From assembly GCF_016903815.1 (NCBI RefSeq), contig NZ_CP069973.1: a stretch of 64,000 bases of DNA, one strand, 5' to 3'. Within the stretch, counting starts at the first letter, position 1; each line of letters starts with the position of its first letter. The DNA is from Escherichia coli (GTDB lineage: Bacteria > Pseudomonadota > Gammaproteobacteria > Enterobacterales > Enterobacteriaceae). A program made the position numbers and the translations under genes. The notes under the pieces are model-generated. The model ran no database searches. It was not told the origin of the DNA and saw only the letters and a list, made by a program, of their open reading frames with translations. Positions 1 through 10,981 of this stretch are shown in pieces.

Positions 1-651
1 TGATTCAGCAATCTCCGCGTCCGGGTTTGCCGAACCACCGTGTAGCACCAGCGGAATATCAATACGTCCGGCAATGTCGCGCAAAATGTCCATTTGCAGC
101 TTCGGCTGCATCCCTTTTGGATAGATGCCATGCGCTGTACCAATCGCCACAGCCAGAGTGTCGGCACCTGTACGAGCAATAAAATCGGCGGCCTGCGCCG
201 GATCTGTGTAGGTCACTTGTGAAACACCACCTTCTACCGACGTTCCTGTTTGTCCGATGGTTCCCAGTTCACCCTCAACCGACACTCCAACCGCGTGAGC
301 GAGGCGAACCACTTCTGCGGTCAGCGCCACGTTTTCTTCATACGGCAGCAGCGAACCGTCGATCATTACTGAGGTAAATCCGCAGCGAATCGCACGCAAA
401 ACATGCTCTACAGAGGCACCATGATCGAGGTGCAGTACAAACGGGACCGGACTACGCTGGGTAATTTCGCGAACGTGAGCGAAAAAGGCATCGCCCACAA
501 AATCATGTTCGCTGGGATGGATGGCAATAATCGCCGGAGTATTTGTCGCTTCTGCTTCATCCACGACTGCGCGAAGGAAACAGTTATCCGCCACATTAAA
601 TGCGCCAATGGCAAAGCCGTGCTGGCGGGTAGGTTGCAGTAATTCTTTCAT
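1..651 (-). CDS. class II ketose-bisphosphate aldolase, N-terminal part only (gene runs off the window start)
   Basis: Minus-strand translation from ATG at 649-651 reads MKELLQPTRQHGFAIGAFNV...HLDHG...GELG...AIGTAHG...LHGGS, typical class II (FbaA/KbaY/GatY) aldolase motifs; no stop before position 1. Confidence 0.8.
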   Translation of the reverse strand, partial: MKELLQPTRQHGFAIGAFNVADNCFLRAVVDEAEATNTPAIIAIHPSEHDFVGDAFFAHVREITQRSPVPFVLHLDHGASVEHVLRAIRCGFTSVMIDGSLLPYEENVALTAEVVRLAHAVGVSVEGELGTIGQTGTSVEGGVSQVTYTDPAQAADFIARTGADTLAVAIGTAHGIYPKGMQPKLQMDILRDIAGRIDIPLVLHGGSANPDAEIAES

Positions 652-743
652 CGAAACTAACATGTTAAATCTCCAGTTTCAGCGTGTAGTCCGCCCTGCC
701 GGTGCGTTATTGCACTGGCATAAAGGCCATGACAGAAAATGAA

Positions 744-1595
744 TCAGGCTTTGCCGATAGAGCCGCTCGCCTGTAAATACGGTGTAATCGCTTCTTCGAA
801 GGCCAGTTCCATAGCTTTCAGCGCGTCCACCAGTTCAATGGATATATCGTGACAGAGGGTATGCAGGAGCGCGGATTTCCCCCGTTCAAAAATGGCCGCC
901 CCCACGTTGATTTTTGCTACCCCCAGAGTCGTACAGAGCTGGAGCTGATCGAACGGCGTACCGCTACCACCATGTAATGCCAGAGGCACGCTCGAGCAGT
1001 GGAAAATCTCCGCCAGACGCTGAAAATCAATAGCAGGTACAACACCAGGCGCGTACATGCCGTGCGCCGTGCCTACCGAGACGGCCAGTAGATCAATGCC
1101 TGTCTGCGCGATAAACGCTTCCACATCAGTGGGTTGCGTCATCATGTCTGCATTGGCGGCCTGGTCGTAACGCGGCGCATCTGCCAGATGGCCCAGTTCG
1201 CCTTCAACGCAGAGCTGCGCGCTGGCGGCGAGTTCCACCACCGCCTTGGTCTGGCGCACGTTTTCCTCCAGGGGAAAAGCAGAAGCATCAATCATTAATC
1301 CGCTGAAACCAGCACGAAACGCCTGACGAATACAGTCCGGATTTTTGCCATGATCAAGCGCCAGAGTGACCGGTACTGAGGCAGATTCCGCGAGCGTTTT
1401 AACCACTGCCGCCGCGACGGGTGCAGGAAAATGCGCCAGATGCCCCTGATAGAGATTGAGAATGATTGGAGCGCGATTCTTCTCCGCCACGCGGATAGCT
1501 GCGCGAGCACTTTCCAGATTCATATAGTTGATCGCCAGCAAGGCGTAATGTTCATGCCAGGCTTTCATCACCATACTTTTCATATCGGCAAACAT
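744..1595 (-). CDS. class II ketose-bisphosphate aldolase (283 aa), second aldolase paralog of the PTS operon
   Basis: ORF-track protein with LALDHG, GELGH, VGTAHG and LHGGSG motifs of class II aldolases; tandem with the partial aldolase and the PTS genes on the same strand. Confidence 0.85.
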   Translation of the reverse strand: MFADMKSMVMKAWHEHYALLAINYMNLESARAAIRVAEKNRAPIILNLYQGHLAHFPAPVAAAVVKTLAESASVPVTLALDHGKNPDCIRQAFRAGFSGLMIDASAFPLEENVRQTKAVVELAASAQLCVEGELGHLADAPRYDQAANADMMTQPTDVEAFIAQTGIDLLAVSVGTAHGMYAPGVVPAIDFQRLAEIFHCSSVPLALHGGSGTPFDQLQLCTTLGVAKINVGAAIFERGKSALLHTLCHDISIELVDALKAMELAFEEAITPYLQASGSIGKA

Positions 1596-1606
1596 AGGGC
1601 CTCCGG

Positions 1607-2698
1607 TTATTCGAGGGTGAAAGTGATCTCTTCATCTTTCAGCTTTTGATCGCTCAGTTCGTCAAACTCTTCGTCGCGTTCCGTTACCGGTTTCTTCCAG
1701 AGTGAAAGCATCACGCCACAAATCACCGTGCCTATACCCAGCGCCAGGCAAAACAGCAGAGGATGGGTGAACAGAGGCACAACAAACATGCCGCCATGTG
1801 GAACCGGACTCTCCACGCCCCACACCATGATTAAGCCGCCCGCGACCGCCGATGCCACCACACAAGATCCCACTACTCGCAACAGGTCACGCGCGGCGAT
1901 CGGAATGACTCCTTCAGTGATCATGCAGATCCCCATCGGAAACGCGGCTTTCAGCGCCTCGCGCTCCGCACGGGTGTATTTATGGCGTGTCAGTAAGAAC
2001 GAAAGTGTGATGCCAAACGGAGGGATGATTGAGCCGACAAATTTCACGGCTTCTGGTCCGTAGACGCCACTGACCAGCAAGCCATCGGAAAACAGCGACA
2101 TGGTTTTGTTGACCGGACCACCGAAATCGAAGGTTGCCATCGCGCCAAGTATGGCCCCCATCAGGAAGCGCGATCCGCCCTGCATCGACTCGAGCAAATG
2201 AATCAGTGCTTCTTGTAACCAGGCGATGGGTTTACCAATCAGCGTCATCATTAACAGCCCACCGATAATGGTGCTTAATACCGGCAACACCATGATTGGC
2301 ATGAGTCCTTGCATCGACTGCGGCAGGCGAATATAGCGTTTAAGTAGCAAAATGGTGTAGCCCACCAGGAAACCACCCAACATACCGCCAATAAATCCGG
2401 TATGGATTTGCCCACAGAGAAAGCCGACAATCAGGCCCGGGGCAAATCCGGGACGATCGGCAATAGAATAGGCAATTGCCGCGCTAATCAGCGGCACAAT
2501 CAGCCCCATTCCCCAGCCGCCAATCTGATTAAGCATCCACGGGATTGTTCCTGTTTTTTCACCAACATCTGTACCGCCAAGAACTTGCCCCAACGCAATA
2601 CATATCCCGGCGGCCACAATAAGGGGTATCATCCACGAGATGCCGGTTAATAAATGTTTTTTAATTTCCTGTGAAACCGGAATTTTATTTTCTTTCAT
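1607..2698 (-). CDS. PTS fructose-like EIIC permease (363 aa)
   Basis: Polytopic membrane protein, glycine-rich hydrophobic segments typical of fructose-family IIC; 12 bp from the aldolase gene, same strand. Confidence 0.8.
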   Translation of the reverse strand: MKENKIPVSQEIKKHLLTGISWMIPLIVAAGICIALGQVLGGTDVGEKTGTIPWMLNQIGGWGMGLIVPLISAAIAYSIADRPGFAPGLIVGFLCGQIHTGFIGGMLGGFLVGYTILLLKRYIRLPQSMQGLMPIMVLPVLSTIIGGLLMMTLIGKPIAWLQEALIHLLESMQGGSRFLMGAILGAMATFDFGGPVNKTMSLFSDGLLVSGVYGPEAVKFVGSIIPPFGITLSFLLTRHKYTRAEREALKAAFPMGICMITEGVIPIAARDLLRVVGSCVVASAVAGGLIMVWGVESPVPHGGMFVVPLFTHPLLFCLALGIGTVICGVMLSLWKKPVTERDEEFDELSDQKLKDEEITFTLE

Positions 2699-2722
2699 AT
2701 TAAGATCCCTCCAGTATAAGGA

Positions 2723-3037
2723 TCATTTATTTCCCAGTGATTTTTCGACCTTTTCAAGAAATTGAACGGGCGATTTAATGACGATCTCTGTCTTTACTCG
2801 CACAATGCGTTTATTGGTAAAACGTTCTTCTCCTTTTATTTTCACATCCACAGCAAGAATCACGACGTCAGCAGCAGAGATCTCTGCCGCCTGTAATTCG
2901 TTTTCTGTACCAATGGTTCCCTGGGTTTCAACTTTAATGGTGTGGCCCAGTGCTTTTGCCCCTTTAATTAACTTTTCACGAGCAATATAGGTGTGAGCAA
3001 TACCCGCCGTGCAGGCGGCAACACAGACAATATTCAT
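2723..3037 (-). CDS. PTS fructose-type EIIB (104 aa)
   Basis: N-terminal MNIVCVAACTAGIAHT with the phospho-Cys motif of fructose-like IIB domains. Confidence 0.8.
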   Translation of the reverse strand: MNIVCVAACTAGIAHTYIAREKLIKGAKALGHTIKVETQGTIGTENELQAAEISAADVVILAVDVKIKGEERFTNKRIVRVKTEIVIKSPVQFLEKVEKSLGNK

Positions 3038-3054
3038 GATATACTCCCTGTTAT

Positions 3055-3525
3055 TTAGTAGACATCGGATTGTGCATACTGACTAAAGAGATCAATGATT
3101 TTTTGCGGGCTCGTCTCAACCAGCAATTGCGCTATGATGTCATCATCTGCAAGCGCGCCCGCGACCTGGGAAAGTAAACGGATATGAGTGGTATTTTGAT
3201 CTTCAAGACGTACCGCAAATAAAATAATACAGCGTACGCTACTGCCATCCAGTGTTTCCCAGGGAATATCCTGCCGGGTACGCCCGATAGCCAGCGTGGT
3301 ATTAATTACCGCAGAAGATTTACCATGCGGGATCGCAATATGATTTTCAAAACCAGTCGAGCCTTCCGCTTCGCGCTGCCAGACATCTTTAATAAAGGTT
3401 TCCCGACAATCGATCGCACCATCTTTTTTGAGAAGATTAGTTAATTCTTCAATCGCCTCCGCTTTATTCGTCGCTTGCATATCTAAAATAACGCGATTCG
3501 TATTCAGGATTTTTGTTATGTCCAT
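3055..3525 (-). CDS. PTS EIIA, fructose/mannitol/PtsN type (156 aa)
   Basis: Size and conserved His-containing region (HIAIPHGK) typical of EIIA-Fru/Ntr family. Confidence 0.75.
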   Translation of the reverse strand: MDITKILNTNRVILDMQATNKAEAIEELTNLLKKDGAIDCRETFIKDVWQREAEGSTGFENHIAIPHGKSSAVINTTLAIGRTRQDIPWETLDGSSVRCIILFAVRLEDQNTTHIRLLSQVAGALADDDIIAQLLVETSPQKIIDLFSQYAQSDVY

Positions 3526-3551
3526 TCGTCATACCTCATAAAATTCTGACA

Positions 3552-5105
3552 TTAAATTTCAACGACCCGAGATGTCGCATGATGTAATTTTTCCGTAATC
3601 ACCATTTCAGTGACTCGCTTAATATCGGCATCATTAAAAAAAGCGGTAACATAAGCGACCGGCATAGTGACTGTAGGCAAATTAATGGTCGAAATAATCA
3701 GTTCGATATTGTCAGGCAAAACCTGTGATAAATTCGCTGCTGAAATAACATCAACAATCGTCCATTCAGGAAATGCTCGCAGAATACGGCTTTTCAGTAG
3801 ATGCGAAGTTCCGATTCCGGTTGAACAGACCAGTAATACACGTTTACGGGCAATTTGCCGCTCCATCGCAGCCTGAAAATGAACGGTCAGGTAACCTACT
3901 TCATCCTCGCTCACTGCATTCTCACCCCAGGTTTTAAATACCTGATTCACCACATATTGCGTCAACCGCCAGACATCCGCTAATTCTGCTTTAATATCTT
4001 CCAGCAATGGATTACGGATATGAATGCGATAATTTAGTCGGTTAATCAGCGGCTTAATATGAACCAACAAGCCATCATATAATGCGCTGTCTTCACTAAA
4101 ATCGCAGTCCACGATGTCACTGAATACCGTAATTAAACGCCAGGTAATCAGACGCGCTTCATTGCTGGCCTGCATATGTGAAATAATGCTAACATCTTTT
4201 TGTCCATCAATCGCCACACCTGATGAAATGATATATTGATAAATAAACCAGACTTCATCATCGGGCAATGTATGTGCAATTCGTTGTTCTATCTTATGAA
4301 TCATCTGACTGGCAACATTAAAGATATTTTCATCATATTGCCTGGTTTGATCTTCTTCTCTGGATAACGCATTCCCGTGCGTGTTGCGATACATCATAAT
4401 AAGGATGTGAGTAAAAATGTTAACGTAATAAGGCTCTCCCAAAGACCAACTTAATTCATTTTCCATATCCAGTAACAATGACTGGACAAATAACACCTCT
4501 TCTTCTCCAAAATAATGGACTAATGCTTTATAACTTCCGGGATCCAGACGTGAATACACGACACCTTGCGGCTCATTATGGTTAATAATGCCGTTAATCA
4601 GTAATGCCATTGCCTGTCGGACTTGCCCTTCACTACCTTCAATATGCGTACCACTTGGGCTGCGGATCAATGATAACCCCAACGGCGCAAGCCAGGACTC
4701 AATCACTCTCAGGTCATTAACAATAGAGGCTCCACTGATAAAATAGCGCTCTGACAATTTACTGATCGACGTTTCATTCGGTGTTTCACTTAATAACTGC
4801 GACGCTATTTTAACGCGCCTGGCATTATTCATTACACCATCAATCTCTTCACATTCTGCTCCCAACAAATGATCAAGATGCAGCAAATCAGTAATATTCT
4901 TCGAGTCTAACATCACACCTGCGCCAGCACGCTTCTCAACGGTTATTCGCCATTGTTCCAGCCATTGCTCAAGTAAACGTAAATCACGTTGAATGGTTTT
5001 TTCCGAAACATTTAAATAGCCGGCAATCGTAACAATAGTCGTATATTCCCTTCGTGGTAAAAGGAATCGTAATAATCTGTTTTGTCGCGAGGTAATCATT
5101 TGCAT
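3552..5105 (-). CDS. PRD-containing PTS operon transcriptional regulator (MgA/MtlR/LicR-like, 517 aa)
   Basis: N-terminal HTH region, central PRD-like region and a C-terminal EIIB-Gat-like motif (VLLVCSTGIGTSHLL); first gene of the minus-strand PTS/aldolase operon; matches the regulator of the frz-type operon described in extraintestinal E. coli (recalled, not searched). Confidence 0.75.
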   Translation of the reverse strand: MQMITSRQNRLLRFLLPRREYTTIVTIAGYLNVSEKTIQRDLRLLEQWLEQWRITVEKRAGAGVMLDSKNITDLLHLDHLLGAECEEIDGVMNNARRVKIASQLLSETPNETSISKLSERYFISGASIVNDLRVIESWLAPLGLSLIRSPSGTHIEGSEGQVRQAMALLINGIINHNEPQGVVYSRLDPGSYKALVHYFGEEEVLFVQSLLLDMENELSWSLGEPYYVNIFTHILIMMYRNTHGNALSREEDQTRQYDENIFNVASQMIHKIEQRIAHTLPDDEVWFIYQYIISSGVAIDGQKDVSIISHMQASNEARLITWRLITVFSDIVDCDFSEDSALYDGLLVHIKPLINRLNYRIHIRNPLLEDIKAELADVWRLTQYVVNQVFKTWGENAVSEDEVGYLTVHFQAAMERQIARKRVLLVCSTGIGTSHLLKSRILRAFPEWTIVDVISAANLSQVLPDNIELIISTINLPTVTMPVAYVTAFFNDADIKRVTEMVITEKLHHATSRVVEI

Positions 5106-5399
5106 TTTTTACCCTTATCACAGATTAAGAAGCCCCATGTGGAAGAGCTTCAGTTGCCATCTCTGAGGGTAAATATAAAGCAGAATAATTTCACAACAAT
5201 ACTAAAATCTGTCCGTAGTCCGGACATGTATAAAACAAAACGGGGCGGTTAATAGATATTTTTCGGCACAGATCACATTTTCGTGATGAATAATCGTGAT
5301 CATGCTCGCAAATACGATGGAAGAAATATTTATTACCAGATGTGAGATTATTTACCGGATACGACACAAAACCATTCGTATCCGGCATTCTTCAATAGA

Positions 5400-7718
5400 T
5401 TACAACGTAATTGTCAGCGCATTCCCTTGAGGAGTCACCACCAGTCCCTGCTCACTTTCAGCCTGCGAACCACCTTGCAGACCATTTACTTTCACAATAT
5501 TGCGCAAGCACAGTGTCCAGTTCTTCGCCTCGCCCGCACCAGTCACAGTAATCGTGTTGCCAGTACGCGCCGCTTTCAGGGTGAAAAGAACGGAACCGTC
5601 AGCAGCGGGCACTTCACAGATGGCTTCATGCCCGTCTTGTAGATTAAAGAGCTGGAATGCCGTGCCTTCGTGCCACGCGTAATCGGGACGTTGCTCGTTG
5701 TTGCCCAGCGCCAGTAGGGTGTTATCACGCACATAAACGGGCAGACTCAGGAAGCTGTGCTGCTGTTTATGCCAGCGACTACCATCGAGTTCATCGTTGT
5801 GCCACAGGTGTGTCCAGCGACCTTCAGGCAAGTAGAACTGCACATCGCCCGCTTCAGTGAACACAGGCGCAACCATCACGTTGTCGCCTAACATGTATTG
5901 ACGGTCAAGGTAATCACAAGCCGGATCGTCCGGAAACTCCATCATCATGGCCCGCATCATCGGCGTACCCCGCGCGTTCGCACGAGCAGCTTCACGATAC
6001 AGATAAGGCATCATGCGGCATTTCAGTTGCGTGAAGAAGCGCACCACATCACAGGACTCATCATCGTAGGCCCACGGCACACGATAAGATTTGCTGCCAT
6101 GTAAACGGCTATGGCTGGAGAGCAAACCAAACGCGCACCAGCGTTTGTAAACGTGCGCCGGAGCGGTATTCTCAAAGCCGCCGATATCGTGGCTCCAGAA
6201 GCCAAAACCTGAAAGGCCAATAGACAAACCACCGCGCAGGCTTTCCGCCATTGATTCGTAGTTAGCGTAACAGTCGCCACCCCAGTGTACCGGGAATTTC
6301 TGCGCACCAACGGAGGCAGAGCGAGCAAACAAGACGGCTTCTTCCTCGCCAACGGTTTCCTTGAGCACGTTCCACACCAGTTCGTTGTAGATGTACGCAT
6401 AATGGTTATGCATTTTCTGCGGATCGGAACCGTCAAACCATTGAACATCGGTTGGAATACGTTCGCCAAAGTCGGTCTTAAAGCAATCAACGCCCATCGC
6501 GACCAGACCTTTCAGTTTGTCGGCGTACCATTTGCAGGTATCCGGATTGGTAAAGTCATAAATCGCCAGACCTGGCTGCCATTTATCCCACTGCCATAAC
6601 GAACCGTCCGGGTGTTTGAGTAAATAGCCTTTCTCTTGTAACTCTTTAAAGACAGGGGATTTTTGCCCGATATAGGGGTTAATCCAGACGCAGATTTTTA
6701 GCCCTTTCGCTTTCAGGCGGCGGATCATCCCTTCCGGGTCCGGGAAAGTCAGCGGGTCCCACTCAAAATCGCACCACTGGAAGGCTTTCATCCAGAAACA
6801 GTCAAAGTGGAAAACATGCAGTGGCAGATTGCGTTCCGCCATACCATCGATAAAGCTGTTTACCGTCGCTTCGTCGTAGTTGGTGGTAAATGAAGTGGTT
6901 AGCCACAGGCCGAAGGACCACGCGGGCGGCAGCGCCGGACGACCAGTAAAACGGGTATAACGATCAAGTACCGCTTTTGGCGTCGGGCCGTCGATAACAA
7001 AGTATTCGAGATATTCACTCTCAACGCTGAACTGCACTTTGGAGACTTTCTCCGATCCCACTTCAAAAGAGACGCATTGAGGATGATTGACCAGTACCCC
7101 ATAACCACGGTTAGTCATATAGAACGGAATATTTTTATACGCCTGTTCAGTACTTGTGCCGCCGTCCCGGTTCCAGGTCTCTACCGTCTGGCCATTGCGC
7201 ACCAGCGCAGTAAAGCGCTCTCCCAGACCGTAAACTGTTTCGCCAACGCCAAGATCCAGCCGCTCAAACATATAATTTCGTTGATTATTCGTGTCCTGCA
7301 CGTAGCCATTATTTTTCACCTGACTACCGGTAATACGTTCGCCGTTACGCAGAAAATCCAGTGACCAGAACTCACCTTTGCTGACACGCGCACTTAAGTT
7401 GCCACTTTTAAACTCAGCGTAACGTTCTGTGTTTTCGATTGTGACCTTCACGTCCTGCAAAATATTGAGCGGGTAATGAGGACCGTTATTCAGCGCCCCC
7501 TGAAAATGCTCAATCCGTACACCGACAATACCTTCCTGTGGGGAGAAAAAGCGCAGCGTAAATAAAGGCGTATCAAGCTGCCAGGTACGTTCACGCACAT
7601 CACGAGGGGCAGCATAGACCACCATTTCATTACCCTGCTCTTCAACCTCGAACACCTGAAGCGGGTGAATCAAATTGAGGCCAGGTTGAATCAACCAGTT
7701 TCCGTCGCTAATTTTCAT
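5400..7718 (-). CDS. yicI: alpha-xylosidase, glycoside hydrolase family 31 (772 aa)
   Basis: 772-aa GH31 protein; position next to yicJ and selC matches the E. coli core order (recalled). Confidence 0.9.
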   Translation of the reverse strand: MKISDGNWLIQPGLNLIHPLQVFEVEEQGNEMVVYAAPRDVRERTWQLDTPLFTLRFFSPQEGIVGVRIEHFQGALNNGPHYPLNILQDVKVTIENTERYAEFKSGNLSARVSKGEFWSLDFLRNGERITGSQVKNNGYVQDTNNQRNYMFERLDLGVGETVYGLGERFTALVRNGQTVETWNRDGGTSTEQAYKNIPFYMTNRGYGVLVNHPQCVSFEVGSEKVSKVQFSVESEYLEYFVIDGPTPKAVLDRYTRFTGRPALPPAWSFGLWLTTSFTTNYDEATVNSFIDGMAERNLPLHVFHFDCFWMKAFQWCDFEWDPLTFPDPEGMIRRLKAKGLKICVWINPYIGQKSPVFKELQEKGYLLKHPDGSLWQWDKWQPGLAIYDFTNPDTCKWYADKLKGLVAMGVDCFKTDFGERIPTDVQWFDGSDPQKMHNHYAYIYNELVWNVLKETVGEEEAVLFARSASVGAQKFPVHWGGDCYANYESMAESLRGGLSIGLSGFGFWSHDIGGFENTAPAHVYKRWCAFGLLSSHSRLHGSKSYRVPWAYDDESCDVVRFFTQLKCRMMPYLYREAARANARGTPMMRAMMMEFPDDPACDYLDRQYMLGDNVMVAPVFTEAGDVQFYLPEGRWTHLWHNDELDGSRWHKQQHSFLSLPVYVRDNTLLALGNNEQRPDYAWHEGTAFQLFNLQDGHEAICEVPAADGSVLFTLKAARTGNTITVTGAGEAKNWTLCLRNIVKVNGLQGGSQAESEQGLVVTPQGNALTITL

Positions 7719-7727
7719 TGCCGTTCC

Positions 7728-9110
7728 TTAGTTCTGCACTTTTTGAGAGGTGAATTGTTGCTGGCAACGGCGTTTGCCCTGAGCCAGCTGTTCCATAACG
7801 GTTTTCAGATTGTGCGTCGTGAGTGAGTAGTAGCGTTTAGCGATAATCGCGCTCAGCAAATAACAGATCGCCGGAACAATCGTGAATAGCGCGATAATGA
7901 TGCTAATCGTGGCGCTGTTCTGCGCTTTTTCTGCCGCATCATATCCGCCATAAGCCAGCATCCAGCCGATAAGAGCGCCGCCGAAGGCCAACCCCAGTTT
8001 GAGCACAAACAGCGTGCCAGCAAAACTGATCCCGGTCAGGCGTTTACCATTGCACCACTCGCCGTAGTCGACGGTATCGGACATCATTACCCACTGGATA
8101 GGTGTCACCAGTTGATGCAACACACCAATCACGAAGATGAAGACAAACATAGTGATGCTGGCCTGCATAGGAACAAAGAACATCGCGAGGCTAATCACTG
8201 CCAGCAGGGCGTTCGTCCACCAGAAGATAGTGACTTTACATTTCCAGTCGGTCAGCGGTTTCGCCAGTGCGGAACCAATCAGGTTACCCACGCAATAAGT
8301 GGTAAGAAAAGCGACAAACACTTCCGGCGTACCCAAAATCCATGTGACGTAATACATCATCGCCCCGCCGCGTACGCATACCGCCAGAATATTGAAAATG
8401 GTCAGGAAACCGACAATACGCCACTGGTCGTTTTGCCAGATATCACGTAAATCTTCCCGCATAGACGTCGTTGTAGGTGGTGCTTCAACGCGTTCTTTAG
8501 TGGTGAAGAAACAAAATGCCAGCATCATAAATGCCACCACGGAAAGGACCGCGATACCGCCCTGGAAACCGAGTGGTTTATTATCACCACCAATTAAATT
8601 AACCAGCGGCATCATCAGCACAGTAGAGAGCATGCCTCCCGCGGTCGCCAGCACAAAACGCCAGGATTGCAGCGAGATACGCTGAGTCGGGTCATTGGTG
8701 ATTACACCACCCAATGCGCAGTAAGGGATATTAACGATGGTATAAAGTAAGGTAAGTAGGGTGTAAGTAATTGCTGCATAAATCATTTTTCCGTTCATAC
8801 TGAGATCTGGCGTGCTATAGGCCAGTACACAGACGATCCCAAATGGCAGTGCGCCAAACAGTACCCACGGACGAAATTTACCCCAGCGAGAGCGCGTTCG
8901 ATCGGCCAACAACCCCATGCAAGGATCGGAAATCGCATCCAGTGCACGAGCGACCAAAAACATGGTTCCGACAAATCCGGCAGGAATGCCAAAAATATCG
9001 GTATAAAAGAACATCATATATAACATTACGTTATCGAAAATAATGTGGCTGGCGGCGTCTCCCATGCCATAACCAATTTTCTCTTTAACGGACAACACTT
9101 CACTCTTCAT
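7728..9110 (-). CDS. yicJ: GPH-family sugar:cation symporter
   Basis: 12-TM transporter; start placed at internal ATG (MKSEVLSVKEK...) rather than the longer 479-aa ORF beginning at 9167. Confidence 0.85.
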   Translation of the reverse strand: MKSEVLSVKEKIGYGMGDAASHIIFDNVMLYMMFFYTDIFGIPAGFVGTMFLVARALDAISDPCMGLLADRTRSRWGKFRPWVLFGALPFGIVCVLAYSTPDLSMNGKMIYAAITYTLLTLLYTIVNIPYCALGGVITNDPTQRISLQSWRFVLATAGGMLSTVLMMPLVNLIGGDNKPLGFQGGIAVLSVVAFMMLAFCFFTTKERVEAPPTTTSMREDLRDIWQNDQWRIVGFLTIFNILAVCVRGGAMMYYVTWILGTPEVFVAFLTTYCVGNLIGSALAKPLTDWKCKVTIFWWTNALLAVISLAMFFVPMQASITMFVFIFVIGVLHQLVTPIQWVMMSDTVDYGEWCNGKRLTGISFAGTLFVLKLGLAFGGALIGWMLAYGGYDAAEKAQNSATISIIIALFTIVPAICYLLSAIIAKRYYSLTTHNLKTVMEQLAQGKRRCQQQFTSQKVQN

Positions 9111-9402
9111 CTGCTTTTCCTTGATGCTATAGGGGTGCTGAGACCGATAACGCATTTTGTAAACCATCCCTGTGAGAGCGAATATTCCGATATCTGGTTA
9201 TTAATTTATGATTCTTGTTTTATGTGATCGTGGTAGCGTTAATTCCGCTCATATATCATTGTAAAATATGGGTTTTATATGAATTATAATGCTTTCGTGA
9301 TAATACGCTGCGTGTATTAGGCGGAAAAAACTGATCTGGGGGATGTAGAAACTCAAGGAAGTAGCTATAATGCGCCCCGCCTCCATGTAGCAATCGAGGC
9401 GC

Positions 9403-9497
9403 GGAAGATCGTCGTCTCCGGTGAGGCGGCTGGACTTCAAATCCAGTTGGGGCCGCCAGCGGTCCCGGGCAGGTTCGACTCCTGTGATCTTCCGCCA
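9403..9497 (+). tRNA. selC: tRNA-Sec (selenocysteine tRNA), 95 nt ending in CCA
   Basis: Sequence GGAAGATCGTCGTCTCCGGTGAGGCGGCTGGACTTCAAATCCAGTTGG...GTTCGACTCCTGTGATCTTCCGCCA read directly; UCA anticodon loop (CTTCAAATC); long variable arm. Confidence 0.95.
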
Positions 9498-9796
9498 GTT
9501 TACCTCTTCTGAACTCTCCCAATGTCAATAAATCTCTTCTAATCCCTTGTATATCAGTATTTATTTGTATCCAGAGGTCAACCTACTTCACCCCGTATCA
9601 AGTTTCTTTTGGGGGTACTTTAGGGGGTGTTATTTCCTATTGAAATACCAGCACCCCCATAATAGGAAAAATATGATATATAACAACGGCTTTTAACAAC
9701 ATCTTTGTTATACAAGGGGTGTATTGGGGGTATCAGGTTAGTTACTGGCAGAAATCCCCCTCAGGAACATGAATTCATCAAAAGCCGGAGGATGTC

Positions 9797-10981
9797 ATGG
9801 CATTAACCGATATCAAAGTGAAAACCGCAAAACCCAAAGACAAACCCTATAAGCTTGCTGATGGCGGCGGTATGTATCTACTGATTAACACTAATGGTTC
9901 TAAATACTGGCGCATGAAGTACCGCTTTGCTGGTAAAGAAAAGATGCTTTCTATTGGCGTATACCCCGATGTAACGCTAGCCGATGCTCGCGAGAAACGC
10001 AGTGAAGCCAGGAAACTCCTCGCTGCTGGAGGCGATCCAGGGGAGGCAAAAAAGGAAGAAAAAATCGCGCAGCAAATGAGTCTGCAAAATACGTTCGAGG
10101 CTATTGCTCGCGAATGGCACCAGTCAAAAGCCGATCGGTGGTCATTACGCTATCGTGATGAAATCATTGATACCTTTGAAAAAGACATTTTTCCCTACAT
10201 TGGCAAGCGCCCTATTGCCGAAATCAAACCAATGGAGTTACTGGAAGCACTGCGTAAAATGGAAAAACGTGGAGCTCTGGAGAAAATGCGCAAGGTCCGC
10301 CAGCGCTGTGGTGAGGTGTTCCGCTATGCAATTGTTACTGGCCGGGCAGACTATAACCCAGCCCCCGATCTTGCCAGTGCTTTAGCTACACCGAAAAAAG
10401 TACATTTTCCCTTTCTTACTGCTAATGAACTTCCCCACTTCCTCAACGATCTGGCGGGTTATACCGGAAGTATAATCACTAAGACAGCTACTCAGATCAT
10501 TATGTTAACCGGCGTACGAACACAAGAACTGCGTTTTGCACGCTGGGAAGATATCGATTTTGAGACAAAATTGTGGGAGATCCCGGCAGAAGTAATGAAG
10601 ATGAAGCGACCTCATATTGTGCCGCTCTCTGAGCAGGTCATTATGCTATTTAAGCAGCTTGAACCAATCTCAAAACATCATCCCCTAGTCTTTATCGGTA
10701 GAAATGATCCCCGCAAACCAATTAGTAAGGAAAGCATTAACCAAGTAATTGAATTACTTGGATATAAGGGAAGACTCACAGGGCATGGTTTCAGACACAC
10801 CATGAGTACAATTCTGCATGAACAAGGCTTTAATTCCGCCTGGATTGAAATGCAGTTAGCTCATGTGGATAAAAATTCCATCAGGGGTACCTATAATCAT
10901 GCCCTGTATCTCGATGGCCGCCGTGAAATGATGCAATGGTACGCTGATTACATTGATTCACTCTCCAGCCGGGAAAGTTAA
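9797..10981 (+). CDS. P4-family tyrosine integrase (394 aa), island integrase at selC
   Basis: N-terminus MALTDIKVKTAKPKDKPYKLADGGGMYLLI... typical of P4-type integrases; C-terminal catalytic region with HGFRHT and Y; strong RBS GGAGG; 300 bp downstream of selC. Confidence 0.85.
   Translation: MALTDIKVKTAKPKDKPYKLADGGGMYLLINTNGSKYWRMKYRFAGKEKMLSIGVYPDVTLADAREKRSEARKLLAAGGDPGEAKKEEKIAQQMSLQNTFEAIAREWHQSKADRWSLRYRDEIIDTFEKDIFPYIGKRPIAEIKPMELLEALRKMEKRGALEKMRKVRQRCGEVFRYAIVTGRADYNPAPDLASALATPKKVHFPFLTANELPHFLNDLAGYTGSIITKTATQIIMLTGVRTQELRFARWEDIDFETKLWEIPAEVMKMKRPHIVPLSEQVIMLFKQLEPISKHHPLVFIGRNDPRKPISKESINQVIELLGYKGRLTGHGFRHTMSTILHEQGFNSAWIEMQLAHVDKNSIRGTYNHALYLDGRREMMQWYADYIDSLSSRES

Noticed and set aside
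403-742. Plus-strand ORFs of 79 and 73 aa at the window start
   Set aside because: They lie antisense within the partial class II aldolase gene, which has strong motif support.
7728-9167. Longer N-terminally extended starts for yicJ, and similarly for uhpA (47202), nepI (37285), adeQ (40164) and glvC (63633)
   Set aside because: Internal start codons give proteins that begin at the conserved N-termini I recall for these families; the extensions arise because the ORF track takes the most upstream start.
9249-9528. Two minus-strand ORFs (63 and 90 aa) overlapping selC
   Set aside because: They overlap the tRNA-Sec gene on the opposite strand and have no coding support; the tRNA explains the sequence.
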